A stretch of DNA of 64,000 nucleotides, taken from positions 62,001 through 126,000 of IMG/VR virus record IMGVR_UViG_3300049001_000044; one strand, given 5' to 3'. Shown in pieces: positions 46,444-56,143 of the stretch. A program made the position numbers and the translations under genes. The stretch's first letter is position 1. Each line of letters starts with the position of its first letter. The notes below the pieces were generated by a model. It saw nothing but the letters and a program-made list of their open reading frames with translations. It was not told the DNA's origin and did not search any database.

Positions 46444-46791
46444 TTAGACGCGCAGCTTATCCATGTTGTTGCCAGCCGCGATGTATGCCTTCACCCATTT
46501 CGGGCGGGCACCCTTGCCTCCCCAGGTTTCTTGGGGGTTGTCGGGATTGCGGTACATCACCGCTGCACCCGGTGCGCGGTAGGTGAGGATTTCCGAGAGG
46601 GGCATGCCGATGTTGGCCGCGATCTGCATGATCTGCTCCACGGCCTGCTGGCGTTCGCGCTGCTCCACTTCCTTCGTCTTTGCGGCTACTCGCTCGGCCA
46701 GCTTTTTCAGATCCGCCGCACTGAGGTTGTCCAGCTGCGGGGTGATCTGCTCGAGGGCCACAGCCGAGAATTTGTTGTCTGCTTCTGCCAT
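46444..46791 (-). CDS. hns: H-NS family nucleoid protein
   Basis: YRNPDNPQETWGGKGARPKW DNA-binding motif; N-terminal coiled coil. Confidence 0.85.
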   Translation of the reverse strand: MAEADNKFSAVALEQITPQLDNLSAADLKKLAERVAAKTKEVEQRERQQAVEQIMQIAANIGMPLSEILTYRAPGAAVMYRNPDNPQETWGGKGARPKWVKAYIAAGNNMDKLRV

Positions 46792-46874
46792 TTTTGTTTC
46801 TCCTATTTCTACTTCTTCATCATCAAACCCAGAGTTTCCTCCGGGCACTCATCATCCGCGATTTGCGGGATTCC

Positions 46875-47264
46875 TTAGGCCTTGAACGGCTTGCCGTTGC
46901 GGAAGACCACTTCCAGGGTCGGTTGGGTCAGGCCCACGGTCCACTTGGTGGTGGGGAACTGCGGGGTGCCGTCCGAGTTGCACGAGGGGCCCTGCATGCA
47001 ATCACCGTTCCGGTTCATGTGGTCGAACTTGAAGTAGTTGTAGCCCGCATTTTTGCCGCGGCCCGACTTGTAGAAGCGAATGACATCGCCCACCTGGAAT
47101 TTCCCCTCCACCACTGCAGCCGTGGCGACAGTTTGGCGGCTAATCCGATTCTTGGCCTTGTAAATCACACTCAGTTGTTTGTTCAACTGGAGGAGTTCCT
47201 CCGCGGTCAGGTTATGCAGGCCAGCCATCATTTCAGCGAGAGTAAGTTTTTTAGTTTCCATCAT
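46875..47264 (-). CDS. hypothetical early protein
   Basis: Follows early-type promoter 47297-47326. Confidence 0.7.
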   Translation of the reverse strand: MMETKKLTLAEMMAGLHNLTAEELLQLNKQLSVIYKAKNRISRQTVATAAVVEGKFQVGDVIRFYKSGRGKNAGYNYFKFDHMNRNGDCMQGPSCNSDGTPQFPTTKWTVGLTQPTLEVVFRNGKPFKA

Positions 47265-47418
47265 CGTTTCCTTCAGTTTGTTTCGTCGATAAGGCTATAA
47301 TACCATGGTGCGTCAGGATGTAAAACAAAAGATTGTAACAAATTGTAACGATGAATCCTAAACCTGGCGCTATATATAGCAGACCTTGGTAAATACGCGA
47401 TCTAATATGGAGGCCACC

Positions 47419-47886
47419 TTGGCGAAGAAAAGAATCCCAGAACTTAAGATCGAGACTATTAACGGTCGAGACAACTACATCTACCTTTCCCTAGTAGAGT
47501 ACAAGCGAGAGAATTACCTATGCATCATCGACAACATTAAGTCCGCAGAAATTGGTGCGTACGTCTTGGACTATGCTGGCCAGAGCGGTATTGACGTTGT
47601 GGAATTTTTGGAGTTGGCTACCCTATGGTTCTACTCCAAGTCCGACGAGTACCCACTGTCCGTGGCCTTGGCACAACAAGGCAAGACCGAATGGGCATCA
47701 GGTATGTACCGAACTTTTGACACCACCTACGTCTCACGAATCGTTGGGCAGGGGTTCTCGTACGACAGAATGGAAAAATCGAAGGTGCGTAGACGTAGAG
47801 TGGTTGCTCTACCGGCGGGCATCGAAGTACGATTGAAGAAGGATGGACGGAAACTAGAGCCAGGACAACTTATCCCGGAGGAATGA
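47419..47886 (+). CDS. hypothetical late protein
   Basis: GTAAATA at 47389-47395; GGAGG RBS then TTG. Confidence 0.65.
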   Translation: MAKKRIPELKIETINGRDNYIYLSLVEYKRENYLCIIDNIKSAEIGAYVLDYAGQSGIDVVEFLELATLWFYSKSDEYPLSVALAQQGKTEWASGMYRTFDTTYVSRIVGQGFSYDRMEKSKVRRRRVVALPAGIEVRLKKDGRKLEPGQLIPEE

Positions 47887-48383
47887 TGAAGCTAAGTCAG
47901 CTGTTTGAAGCAAAGGCGGTGCCAGAGATTTGCAGAGGAATCAACGCAACTGTTACGGTGAACTTAGAACAGGCAGATAGGATTCTTAATGGCGAAATGG
48001 ATGGGAAGGAAATCGTATCATTCCTAGAGGACGCAGGAATTTGGTGGTACGACATGGAGAAGGATGGTGCCTCTATGATAGAGGAGGCGAAGGAATTCGC
48101 CATGAAGGAAGATGACCTCACCCAAGGATTTGGCAAGTACTGCTATGACTTGCTGAAGAAGGGCGAATCCAAGACAGAGGAAGTAGAACTGCCCATCGTC
48201 CTCGTGGCAAAGAAGCCAAAGGGATGGGACTATGAGAAAAACCCGCTACAGCAGGGCGGGCTGAATGGTAATTCCTACATCGAAACCAGTCGTTGGAAGT
48301 CCGTGCAGCTCTTACGGGTTCTCTACTTCAGCAACAAGGGCTGGGTAGAGAAACCAGTAAGCGCCAAAATCAAACTTGAGTGA
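47883..48383 (+). CDS. putative head-packaged protein (MKLSQLFE)
   Basis: Leader motif; late operon. Confidence 0.6.
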   Translation: MMKLSQLFEAKAVPEICRGINATVTVNLEQADRILNGEMDGKEIVSFLEDAGIWWYDMEKDGASMIEEAKEFAMKEDDLTQGFGKYCYDLLKKGESKTEEVELPIVLVAKKPKGWDYEKNPLQQGGLNGNSYIETSRWKSVQLLRVLYFSNKGWVEKPVSAKIKLE

Positions 48384-48849
48384 GAGCCTTCTCAACGTGG
48401 AGTCGTTCGATGTAGTAACCAAGGAACTCGTTCGCAAGAGTGTAGGATCCTTGGAACAATCCCTCATCGAAGATGTAGGAGGCGTCTAGCGAACCAATGA
48501 AGGTGGTGGTTCTTACTTCAAGGTCGTTGACGTAGAAGAGGACTTTGTACTGCCCACCGTTGATGAAGACCTGCCCACGCATGAACTTGTATTCCTCAGC
48601 AGAGAACGTGAAGTATAAACCACTCGTGCTCTTCACTTCCAAATACAAGTCACCCATCTGCAAATCATAATGCGCGAACTTTGGTGGAATAGTACACGAA
48701 AGTTCGCGCATTGCTTTGTGCTTGAACATGTCATCAACGGCCAACCCAAACGCCTGACCCATTGCAAACTTGGTCTTCCTCAGCGTTTGGGCAGCCCACT
48801 CCAGAGTTTCCTCAGGGACTGGGATCGGCTCGTTGGGCTGATGAATCAC
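48370..48849 (-). CDS. PD-(D/E)xK nuclease-like protein
   Basis: YDL......EVKS. Confidence 0.55.
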   Translation of the reverse strand: MIHQPNEPIPVPEETLEWAAQTLRKTKFAMGQAFGLAVDDMFKHKAMRELSCTIPPKFAHYDLQMGDLYLEVKSTSGLYFTFSAEEYKFMRGQVFINGGQYKVLFYVNDLEVRTTTFIGSLDASYIFDEGLFQGSYTLANEFLGYYIERLHVEKALTQV

Positions 48850-49214
48850 GGCTTGTTGAAGTACTGCGTGACCACGACTTCACGAGGATAGACGCGCTCC
48901 AGGGAGGAGTCATCCCACTCGGTACCCGCGTATGAGTTGTAGAAGCCAGTGAAGCGAACGTGAGCCAGTACTTCATCGCCGTAGGAAATACCAACGACTA
49001 CTTCAGCATGATCACCACCGCCTTCGTAGCCGCCTTCCGAATACACCTGCTTCAGCTCAAAACCGTTGATGGCTTCCGGTTCTCCACTGTAGTCGAAGAT
49101 GCACAGGCTTTCGCCAGTTTCTTCCATGAATTGGTTGAAGTAACGGACTGGATCCTGGAGGATCAGTGCTTTGGTTTCGTCGATCGACAGGTCTTGCAGA
49201 TTAAGTTCTTCCAT
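48846..49214 (-). CDS. acidic protein, tandem paralog 1
   Basis: GGYEGGG...G.Y.SY.GTEWDD. Confidence 0.75.
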   Translation of the reverse strand: MEELNLQDLSIDETKALILQDPVRYFNQFMEETGESLCIFDYSGEPEAINGFELKQVYSEGGYEGGGDHAEVVVGISYGDEVLAHVRFTGFYNSYAGTEWDDSSLERVYPREVVVTQYFNKP

Positions 49215-49224
49215 TTTCTTCTCC

Positions 49225-49602
49225 TTAGATTGCGTGGTATTGGGTGACCATCACTTGCACCGGCGTCACGAGGTAGATGTCATCCCACTCGGTGCCTTCG
49301 TAGCTGTCATAGCTACCAGCCATTTCAAAATAGAACACATCAGTGTCGCCTATCACATTGCGAACAGCAAAGGTTCGTTCGGCATACTCGCCACCACCTT
49401 CGGTGCCACCAACGCTGTTGACCAGCTTGATGTACATGCCGTGATGGGTCTTCATACCACGATAGCTGTACGAGTAGTCAGATGCGCAATCATAGCCGTC
49501 AGTCCGCATTGCGGTCTTCACCCATTCGATCGGGTCGTTCTTGGCCAGCTCATGCGCTTCCGCTTCGGTCATTTCGTCAAACGTACGTTCAGTCATATCC
49601 AT
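49225..49602 (-). CDS. acidic protein, tandem paralog 2
   Basis: GGTEGGGE...GSYDSYEGTEWDD. Confidence 0.75.
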   Translation of the reverse strand: MDMTERTFDEMTEAEAHELAKNDPIEWVKTAMRTDGYDCASDYSYSYRGMKTHHGMYIKLVNSVGGTEGGGEYAERTFAVRNVIGDTDVFYFEMAGSYDSYEGTEWDDIYLVTPVQVMVTQYHAI

Positions 49603-50045
49603 TACTTTCCTTTTGGCAGCCACTTCATTACTTTGACTTCGCGCTTTTCCACTTCATAGGCGTGATCGTTGTAGTTGCTGTACTCATAAGAGCTGTAAGT
49701 ACCATCGACGGCGAAGTAGGTTACCAGCTCGCCATCCTTGTAGATGCCGAAGACTTCAGTGATGTCGCTGCAGTCGTACTCCCCACCTTCAGTTTCCTTG
49801 TGCTTGATGTGGAAGCCCAGAACCTTGTGCTCATGGTTGAAGTACTGATACTCTTCGATTTCTTCAATGAAGATTTTCTTTTCCTCGGCTTCGTAGCCTT
49901 CACCGCGCTCGTCCTGGAACGGGAAGTTCGACAAGAATGCCGTCAACCATTCGCTGACATCCTTCTTCAGCAACGCTTCGAATTGTTCCTGGGTCATGCC
50001 TTCAGTGAGAGAAGTTCCAGTGCTTTGGTTATCTGCGTCTGCCAT
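49602..50045 (-). CDS. acidic protein, tandem paralog 3
   Basis: EGGEY...GTYSSY. Confidence 0.7.
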   Translation of the reverse strand: MADADNQSTGTSLTEGMTQEQFEALLKKDVSEWLTAFLSNFPFQDERGEGYEAEEKKIFIEEIEEYQYFNHEHKVLGFHIKHKETEGGEYDCSDITEVFGIYKDGELVTYFAVDGTYSSYEYSNYNDHAYEVEKREVKVMKWLPKGK

Positions 50046-50779
50046 TCTTTCTTCCTTACGTAGAGTAGATTGTAGTGGTTGATGATGAGGTACCTTGCGA
50101 ACCAACCCTTAGTCATCGAGGTGCACAGTTGGCGATGTGCGTACTTTACAGCTCGAAGGCGCTCAACCTTCGTACTTTCTTTCGTCAGTTGCGCTCGTTC
50201 GATCGCAGTGACGAGGATTTCTTCCAATGCGTCTTGCGCTTGCTGATCAGGAGTGAGTGCATTGAACATCTCCTCACTACACCAAACCTTCGTCAAGTCA
50301 GGTCGGATAAGTTCATGCATTGGGCGATCGTTGAACTTCACACAGTCATGAACATGATCGTGAGGATAGATACGCTTGACCTTCTCGGTGAAGAAGGTAT
50401 CTACATCACCTCCAACGTAGGCAGGCTTCTTACCATGAATCCGTTCCCACATTGCATAGAGCTTGTAGTAGAGATCCAAATCGAAAGGAACCTGCTTCTG
50501 TTGAAGGAAGTGGATATCGAAGAGCGTCTTGTCGAAGTGGATGTCCCAATGAGCATGACTGATCTTCAAGGTGAGTAAAATCCAGGGATCAGCAAAGACC
50601 TTGTCCTCGCTCCTCTCCATGATCTCTTCAGCCAGCTCATGCCACTGACTATCGACAACACAAACCTTCGCTTGATTGCCTGCTATCTTTGCAGGGGTGA
50701 GAAGGTCAAGATCCGTTGGCTTGCGCGAGTCCTCAAACCAATGATACTGTGCGGTGCTGCCGATAATCATCCAAGTCAT
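49994..50779 (-). CDS. phage nucleotidyltransferase-like protein
   Basis: IIGS...DLDL; K.SH..W; HDHVH. Confidence 0.6.
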   Translation of the reverse strand: MTWMIIGSTAQYHWFEDSRKPTDLDLLTPAKIAGNQAKVCVVDSQWHELAEEIMERSEDKVFADPWILLTLKISHAHWDIHFDKTLFDIHFLQQKQVPFDLDLYYKLYAMWERIHGKKPAYVGGDVDTFFTEKVKRIYPHDHVHDCVKFNDRPMHELIRPDLTKVWCSEEMFNALTPDQQAQDALEEILVTAIERAQLTKESTKVERLRAVKYAHRQLCTSMTKGWFARYLIINHYNLLYVRKKEWQTQITKALELLSLKA

Positions 50780-51012
50780 TTCATCTTCCGTTTCTTACGC
50801 TCTTTTTCCAATCGTCGTTGAAGTCTTCTATCTGCTTCAAGATCACGAATGCGCTGCCATTCACGAGCCTCTTGTGCCGGTGTTAATGGATCTGGCATTG
50901 GCGTAGAGCTCCAACAAACTAAGACCCATTCACCATCCCGATATTCGAAAATAGAGTTGCCTCTCGGCCACAACATACCTTCAACCGGTTGGGATGGAGG
51001 GAAGTCACTCAT
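50776..51012 (-). CDS. hypothetical protein
   Basis: Coupled ORF. Confidence 0.5.
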   Translation of the reverse strand: MSDFPPSQPVEGMLWPRGNSIFEYRDGEWVLVCWSSTPMPDPLTPAQEAREWQRIRDLEADRRLQRRLEKERKKRKMK

Positions 51013-51340
51013 TCTTCTTCAACCCATTCGGTATGGTTCACTTCTCCGCAGCAAGCACTTGCGAGGCCATGCTCTTCTGGTACTTTATCCCCGCAGTAGA
51101 CGCATGCCCAATAACCATCCTTCTCAGGCTTCTCATCTATGACATGACCACAGCCAGCGCTACAGCACCACTTGCCGTTGTTCTCACCGTAGTGTAGTTG
51201 CAACTTCCACCAACCCATGTTGTGTTTGCAGCACAGGTTGCAGATGGTGCCGTGGTTGTGATCGTACATGTAAGTGCCGGTGCCCTTACAGCGGGGACAA
51301 TCTGGGCGAGCATTGTCCTTCGCGTTCTGCCATGTGTCAG
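51009..51340 (-). CDS. Cys-rich zinc-finger protein (start uncertain)
   Basis: CPRCKGTG and several CxxC motifs. Confidence 0.55.
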
Positions 51341-52416
51341 TCAAGGTAGTACTTTCGCAGAAGATTGGTTTTGAACTCGACGTACTGCTCATCCAGTTCA
51401 GGGGTGCGTTCCTGAAGATGAGAGTTCGCCACTGCATCGTCGATCACATTGAAGAGAGTAGTGAGGTAGTTGGTTGCGTCCTCGAGAGTGCGCTTACCCT
51501 CCTTCACCTCTTTCAAGTAATCAGCGTTGGCGCAAGGGAAGACCAGCTTACCCGTGGTCGTCAGCTCCAGCACCTGCTCAGTGATTCGGATGGCGTGAGA
51601 GAGAGCTTTCCAATCTACGCCTTCGCCATCGTACTTCTTAACGCGATCGCCATATTGCGCGAGCGATGCTTTAAGCGACTTAAGCATTGTACTAAATGCG
51701 GCCGTCAGAGGAAACTGCTTTCCGCATACTTCGATCGCTGGCGCCATCTGAGTTCCACCGGCACCATTCAGGATTTCGCACTCTTTCACATGCGGCATCT
51801 TGACCAGCTCTGCGATGAGGGCAGGCGAATCCTTTAGGATCAGCTTGTTGATTGCCTGCTCGTTCGTCTTCATGATTGCAAGACTTTGGATGTAGCCCTC
51901 GACAGTCTCAACCACGTTCTTCATCGAGGTGTAGCGCTCAGTCTTCAGACCATAGTTGCGCGATTGGCTCACTGCGTAGCCCACCATCTTCTGGACGTTG
52001 CGAGTCAGGAAGCGGCCGACCAGTTCGTCCATCCACTCGAAGACGAAGATGTGATCGTCGGTGATTAGCTTGTCTGCCGCCAATTGCTGCACAGGCATGC
52101 CCTCGAACCACACTTTCTCTTGCAGCACAGCAAAGGCGATTTCCAGCGCGTAGGTTTGGCCAGCGATGAAGTCATTGAGGAAGACTTGCAGAGGGATGTA
52201 CTCGTACTCTGCTTCTCCTACCGACATTTTCTCACCATCCTTCTTACCCTCAGGCAGAACCTTACGATTGGTGACTTGCTTGTTCAGCAGAAGGTCGGCC
52301 AGCGAAGGCAGGCAAACCAGCTTGAAGTCAAGATCCGAATTTGGACCGTTGGTGCCGTACAGGTGCGAACCAAAAGGCACCATGAACAGCGCAGTTTCTA
52401 CTTTTACTTTCATCAC
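51337..52416 (-). CDS. Pol-beta-superfamily nucleotidyltransferase (RlaP-like)
   Basis: FGSHLYGT....SDLD; DWKALSHAIR. Confidence 0.75.
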   Translation of the reverse strand: MMKVKVETALFMVPFGSHLYGTNGPNSDLDFKLVCLPSLADLLLNKQVTNRKVLPEGKKDGEKMSVGEAEYEYIPLQVFLNDFIAGQTYALEIAFAVLQEKVWFEGMPVQQLAADKLITDDHIFVFEWMDELVGRFLTRNVQKMVGYAVSQSRNYGLKTERYTSMKNVVETVEGYIQSLAIMKTNEQAINKLILKDSPALIAELVKMPHVKECEILNGAGGTQMAPAIEVCGKQFPLTAAFSTMLKSLKASLAQYGDRVKKYDGEGVDWKALSHAIRITEQVLELTTTGKLVFPCANADYLKEVKEGKRTLEDATNYLTTLFNVIDDAVANSHLQERTPELDEQYVEFKTNLLRKYYLD

Positions 52417-52871
52417 ATCTCCAGATTAAACTTGTGGCTCATATCGATCGAGTCGCACTTGATGAAGGTGACCTCCATCTTCTCCACCACTCGAATGAAC
52501 AAGTCGTAGTCTTCGTAGTCGACGGTGTCGCCCAACACTTCACGAAGCTCGTCATAGATTTCCTTCGCACGAGTAGTCTCTTCATCCGTGTCTTCGTCTG
52601 CTTCGCCGAACTCGTGGTAGTACTTTGAACGAACATCCGCGCTGATACCTGGATGTTCGTCGAGAGATTCCTTCACGATCGAAAGCAGGGTGCTAGTACA
52701 GATTTCGTCGTTGCCTTCGCCACCACCGTTGTACTTGCTCTTGAAGTGACGAAGGATGTGAACGTAGAACTCCACGTCTTCCTTCGACAGCCCGCCAATA
52801 CTGTTGGTTTGGTAGTGGTCAGCATCGTTCTCCCAAGTGGTGACGTGGAGTTGATAGCCAGCTTGGATCAT
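52413..52871 (-). CDS. hypothetical protein
   Basis: TWENDADHY motif. Confidence 0.65.
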   Translation of the reverse strand: MIQAGYQLHVTTWENDADHYQTNSIGGLSKEDVEFYVHILRHFKSKYNGGGEGNDEICTSTLLSIVKESLDEHPGISADVRSKYYHEFGEADEDTDEETTRAKEIYDELREVLGDTVDYEDYDLFIRVVEKMEVTFIKCDSIDMSHKFNLEM

Positions 52872-53356
52872 TACTCTTCTCCTAAGATCATTTTGATTGC
52901 CTTGAGCGTGGTGCCAGTAGCGGTGGAGAGCTCATCCCGCAGCATCTGAATTGCGTCAGGATTTTTCTCCCACTCGCTGCCGAATGCGTCCTTTAGCACT
53001 GCGATGATATGGTTTTTCTCTAGCACTGTGGCATTGATGACGGGTTCAGGCAGGGCGGCTTTGACTTCCGCGTTCTTCACCTTCTTCGCATCCAGTTTTT
53101 CCAGGTGCTCTTCGTATCCTTCAAGAGCTTCCACCTCTTCGTCAGAGATGGGTTCCCAATCTCTGATCTTTCCGCAGTCCATACAGATGTAGACGTGAGT
53201 CTCATCTCCACCCAGAATTCCAACATAGGGGAGGTAACCCTGAGTCTCAAAATTTTTGAGGTGAGAGAACCGCACATTGGTTACGTCGTTGTGCTTGACG
53301 TAAATCTCCATCAGTCGCGTGCATTCACACATCATCGGCCTTTCAAAATACTGCAA
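52871..53356 (-). CDS. hypothetical protein
   Basis: GYLP..GGD....CMDCG. Confidence 0.6.
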   Translation of the reverse strand: MQYFERPMMCECTRLMEIYVKHNDVTNVRFSHLKNFETQGYLPYVGILGGDETHVYICMDCGKIRDWEPISDEEVEALEGYEEHLEKLDAKKVKNAEVKAALPEPVINATVLEKNHIIAVLKDAFGSEWEKNPDAIQMLRDELSTATGTTLKAIKMILGEE

Positions 53357-54449
53357 TCAATCGTTTGATACGAGCCTTACGCTCTTTGTTCATGGCCACG
53401 CCGATGGCCGGGCCTTCCAGGTGCGTGTAGGGTTCGCTCGTTACTCGACGAACCTCTTGCAGCATTTCCTTCAATTCGTCAGGCCATACCGCAGTCACGT
53501 GGCCGGAATTGTTCAGCACTTCGACAGCTAAGATCACGTCCTTGATGAGCGTGTCATCTTGCCATGCTTTCGTCGTCTTGAACAGTTCGAAGATGGCTTC
53601 GACTTCCAGATCACCCATCCTGTCGATGCGCTGAACAGCTTGATGGATTTGGGTGACGTGGGTGGGCAGAGCATGCACACGACCAGGCAGATCATTCTTC
53701 GCAGTCAACGCGACGAAGTAAGCGAACTGAATCTCGTCCCTGACATAGCGAAGAGTCCTTGCCAGCTTGTCCATCTTGGAGATGACTCGCACGGCTTCAT
53801 GCTGATTGCCCCACACCTCTTTGAAGAACTTGACCCTATTGAAGACGCCAAAGCTGTGCAAGACGTGGAACATCAAGTTAGCCCTGCCGTCTTCAACTGC
53901 TTTGCTGATCTCCAGCCAGTAGCGTTCGTAGGGGATGTGGTCAAGTTCACCCGACTCAACCACGCTGATCGCCAGCTTTTGGGTCTCCTCTGCAATGGAG
54001 AAGTCCTCATAGCGCGCAGCAAATCGTGCGAGGCGAACAACACGCAGAGGGTCTTCAGCAAAAGCTGGGGACACATGCCTCAGCACCTTGTTCTTCAGAT
54101 CATCCAAACCACCGAAGTAGTCGATGATGTTGCCATGAACGCTATCCTTTGCGAGGGCGTTGATGGTGAGGTCACGGCGAGAGAGGTCTTCTTCCAACGT
54201 CACGTCGGTACCGAAGTCGCAGGAGAAACCGTGATAGCCAACACCCGTCTTTCGTTCACGGCGCGCCATTGCAATCTGACTACCATCTGCAGGGTCGATG
54301 AAGACGGGGAAGTCAGCACCGACCGGATCACCGAAGCTTGCTTGCAGTTGTTCGAACGTGCAGCCAACAGCTACGTAATCCAAATCATTTGTTGGTCGGC
54401 CCAACAGCTCATCACGAACTGCACCTCCAACCAAATAGACTTTCTTCAT
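53343..54449 (-). CDS. cca: tRNA nucleotidyltransferase (CCA-adding enzyme, class II)
   Basis: YLVGGAVRD.LLG..DLD; DLSRRDLTINA; EDPLRV.R.ARF. Confidence 0.92.
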   Translation of the reverse strand: MKKVYLVGGAVRDELLGRPTNDLDYVAVGCTFEQLQASFGDPVGADFPVFIDPADGSQIAMARRERKTGVGYHGFSCDFGTDVTLEEDLSRRDLTINALAKDSVHGNIIDYFGGLDDLKNKVLRHVSPAFAEDPLRVVRLARFAARYEDFSIAEETQKLAISVVESGELDHIPYERYWLEISKAVEDGRANLMFHVLHSFGVFNRVKFFKEVWGNQHEAVRVISKMDKLARTLRYVRDEIQFAYFVALTAKNDLPGRVHALPTHVTQIHQAVQRIDRMGDLEVEAIFELFKTTKAWQDDTLIKDVILAVEVLNNSGHVTAVWPDELKEMLQEVRRVTSEPYTHLEGPAIGVAMNKERKARIKRLIAVF

Positions 54450-54694
54450 CAATCCTCCTCGATGGTTGTTCCAAAGAAATGGCAAACGCTGCCCTTTACC
54501 TTCTTGCCCTTTGGGTTAACTGCTTTGAATGACGTGCCAAGAGCCCAAAATTGTGGAGGTCCACAACGAATGTCCATAGCACCGTCATTCACTTCAACGT
54601 GGGTGTAGCCATTCTTCTCAAGGAGGTCTTGATCAGCTTGACTTTGACACCCAACGAGAAGCAAGGCCACCGTTACGATGGCCAGGTATTTCAC
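54449..54694 (-). CDS. putative lipoprotein
   Basis: LLVGC lipobox. Confidence 0.7.
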   Translation of the reverse strand: MKYLAIVTVALLLVGCQSQADQDLLEKNGYTHVEVNDGAMDIRCGPPQFWALGTSFKAVNPKGKKVKGSVCHFFGTTIEED

Positions 54695-55278
54695 GACCAG
54701 ACCACTCCACCCGAAACCACCGAGCCGGCGATCTTGAATGCAACGAAGTGGACGCCCGGATTCAGACCAGCCAGTCGAGTCATCTCGCTCTTCAGCGAGG
54801 CCTCAGTGGTATGGATGACCGGGTTGGTACCGAAGACGAACTTGCCGTCAACGATCGACGCGATCATCGTGCCTTTCGAAGACAGTGCTTCGTCGACAGT
54901 GCGAGCGTGGTTACGCTCAGCGGTGATGGCGGCGCCAGTTGCCTTCAGCTTCGTTAGTACTGCGCCAGGCTGCACTTTTGAAGGCAGAGTACTGGTGCGA
55001 ATGCCGGTAACGGTCGGGACGGAGGTCTCGATACCGAAGTCACGGTGCGACTTGCAGTTGGTGGTCAGGTACGACTGTTGAAAGGTGGCGCCGTCCAGCG
55101 TGAAGTAGCGGGTTTGGTAACCGTACTGTTGGGAGCCCATCAGCTGCTTCAGCTTACCAGTGCCACGAGTCGAGAAGATGTTGCCATCCTTGTCCATGAA
55201 GTAACCGCGGAAGCGGCTCTGGAACTTCTCCATCGGAAACAGGTGCTGCTCTTTACCTTGAGTGTTGTATACTTTCAT
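54691..55278 (-). CDS. hypothetical protein
   Basis: GGAG RBS; promoter upstream. Confidence 0.7.
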   Translation of the reverse strand: MKVYNTQGKEQHLFPMEKFQSRFRGYFMDKDGNIFSTRGTGKLKQLMGSQQYGYQTRYFTLDGATFQQSYLTTNCKSHRDFGIETSVPTVTGIRTSTLPSKVQPGAVLTKLKATGAAITAERNHARTVDEALSSKGTMIASIVDGKFVFGTNPVIHTTEASLKSEMTRLAGLNPGVHFVAFKIAGSVVSGGVVWS

Positions 55279-55340
55279 CTAAGCTCCGTAATTTGTTGAT
55301 GTGTTATTGTAGCATTTTGCCACTTGTGAAAAATCTGCAA

Positions 55341-55637
55341 TCAGATAGGGGTGCGCAGGTAGCGCAATACCTTCGTCTTCTTGTAGGCAACCCGCCGCTC
55401 AATCAGCTCTTCGCTGAGAGGGCTATCCTCTGTCTCCTTCAGCATCTCAACCAACGCCAGTGCATCGGCGGTTTCCAGATTCAGGAGCTCGAAGTTAGTG
55501 CCTGCGTCAGGGTCGCCAGGGTTGAAGCTGTTGATGCCAAACCTTCGAATCTTGCTGATGATTTGGATGATCTCGGCACACTCCTCTTGCAGAATGCCCA
55601 GCAATTCCATTTGGTATGGGGTGGGTTCTTTTATCAT
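55341..55637 (-). CDS. MazG-like NTP pyrophosphohydrolase
   Basis: LQEECAEIIQ.ISK..R...ETAD. Confidence 0.75.
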   Translation of the reverse strand: MIKEPTPYQMELLGILQEECAEIIQIISKIRRFGINSFNPGDPDAGTNFELLNLETADALALVEMLKETEDSPLSEELIERRVAYKKTKVLRYLRTPI

Positions 55638-55856
55638 TTAGTCGGTCTCAAATTCTGCGTCTGCGCGGCAGACAGTTTGGATTATGCTGTTTACCTGACG
55701 ACCCATTGCGTAGCCATCAGTGAACGCCTCTGCATCGTCAGTGTTGCTGCCCATGTACATGACGAGTACTTCGCCATCTACTTCGACAGTGGTGTAGAAG
55801 TCCCCATAGAACTCCTCATCTTCCGGTTGGAAGTGCTTTACGATTTCAATCTTCAT
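55638..55856 (-). CDS. hypothetical protein
   Basis: ORF. Confidence 0.55.
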   Translation of the reverse strand: MKIEIVKHFQPEDEEFYGDFYTTVEVDGEVLVMYMGSNTDDAEAFTDGYAMGRQVNSIIQTVCRADAEFETD

Positions 55857-56143
55857 AGTCCTACTTTATCAAGTGCGCCCCAGTATTCTTCAAGAGGAAT
55901 CCACAGATCGTCGTCATCGGCTTCCCAGCCGTCGAAGAGAATCTTCAATGTGCATCCTTCTACTTCTTTCTCACCGTTGTAGCCGCATGTGGTACCTTCT
56001 TCGTCGTCCCACACGTACTCAACTTGGATCTGTCGTGGGTCAAAGCCTTCATGAAAGCCTTGAACCTTTTTCAACCAGATGATGTCTTCACCGTGAGCAG
56101 GCTTGCTCTCTGCGACGGTGTGGAATGTGAATGTGACGCTCAT
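55853..56143 (-). CDS. hypothetical protein
   Basis: ORF. Confidence 0.6.
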   Translation of the reverse strand: MSVTFTFHTVAESKPAHGEDIIWLKKVQGFHEGFDPRQIQVEYVWDDEEGTTCGYNGEKEVEGCTLKILFDGWEADDDDLWIPLEEYWGALDKVGL

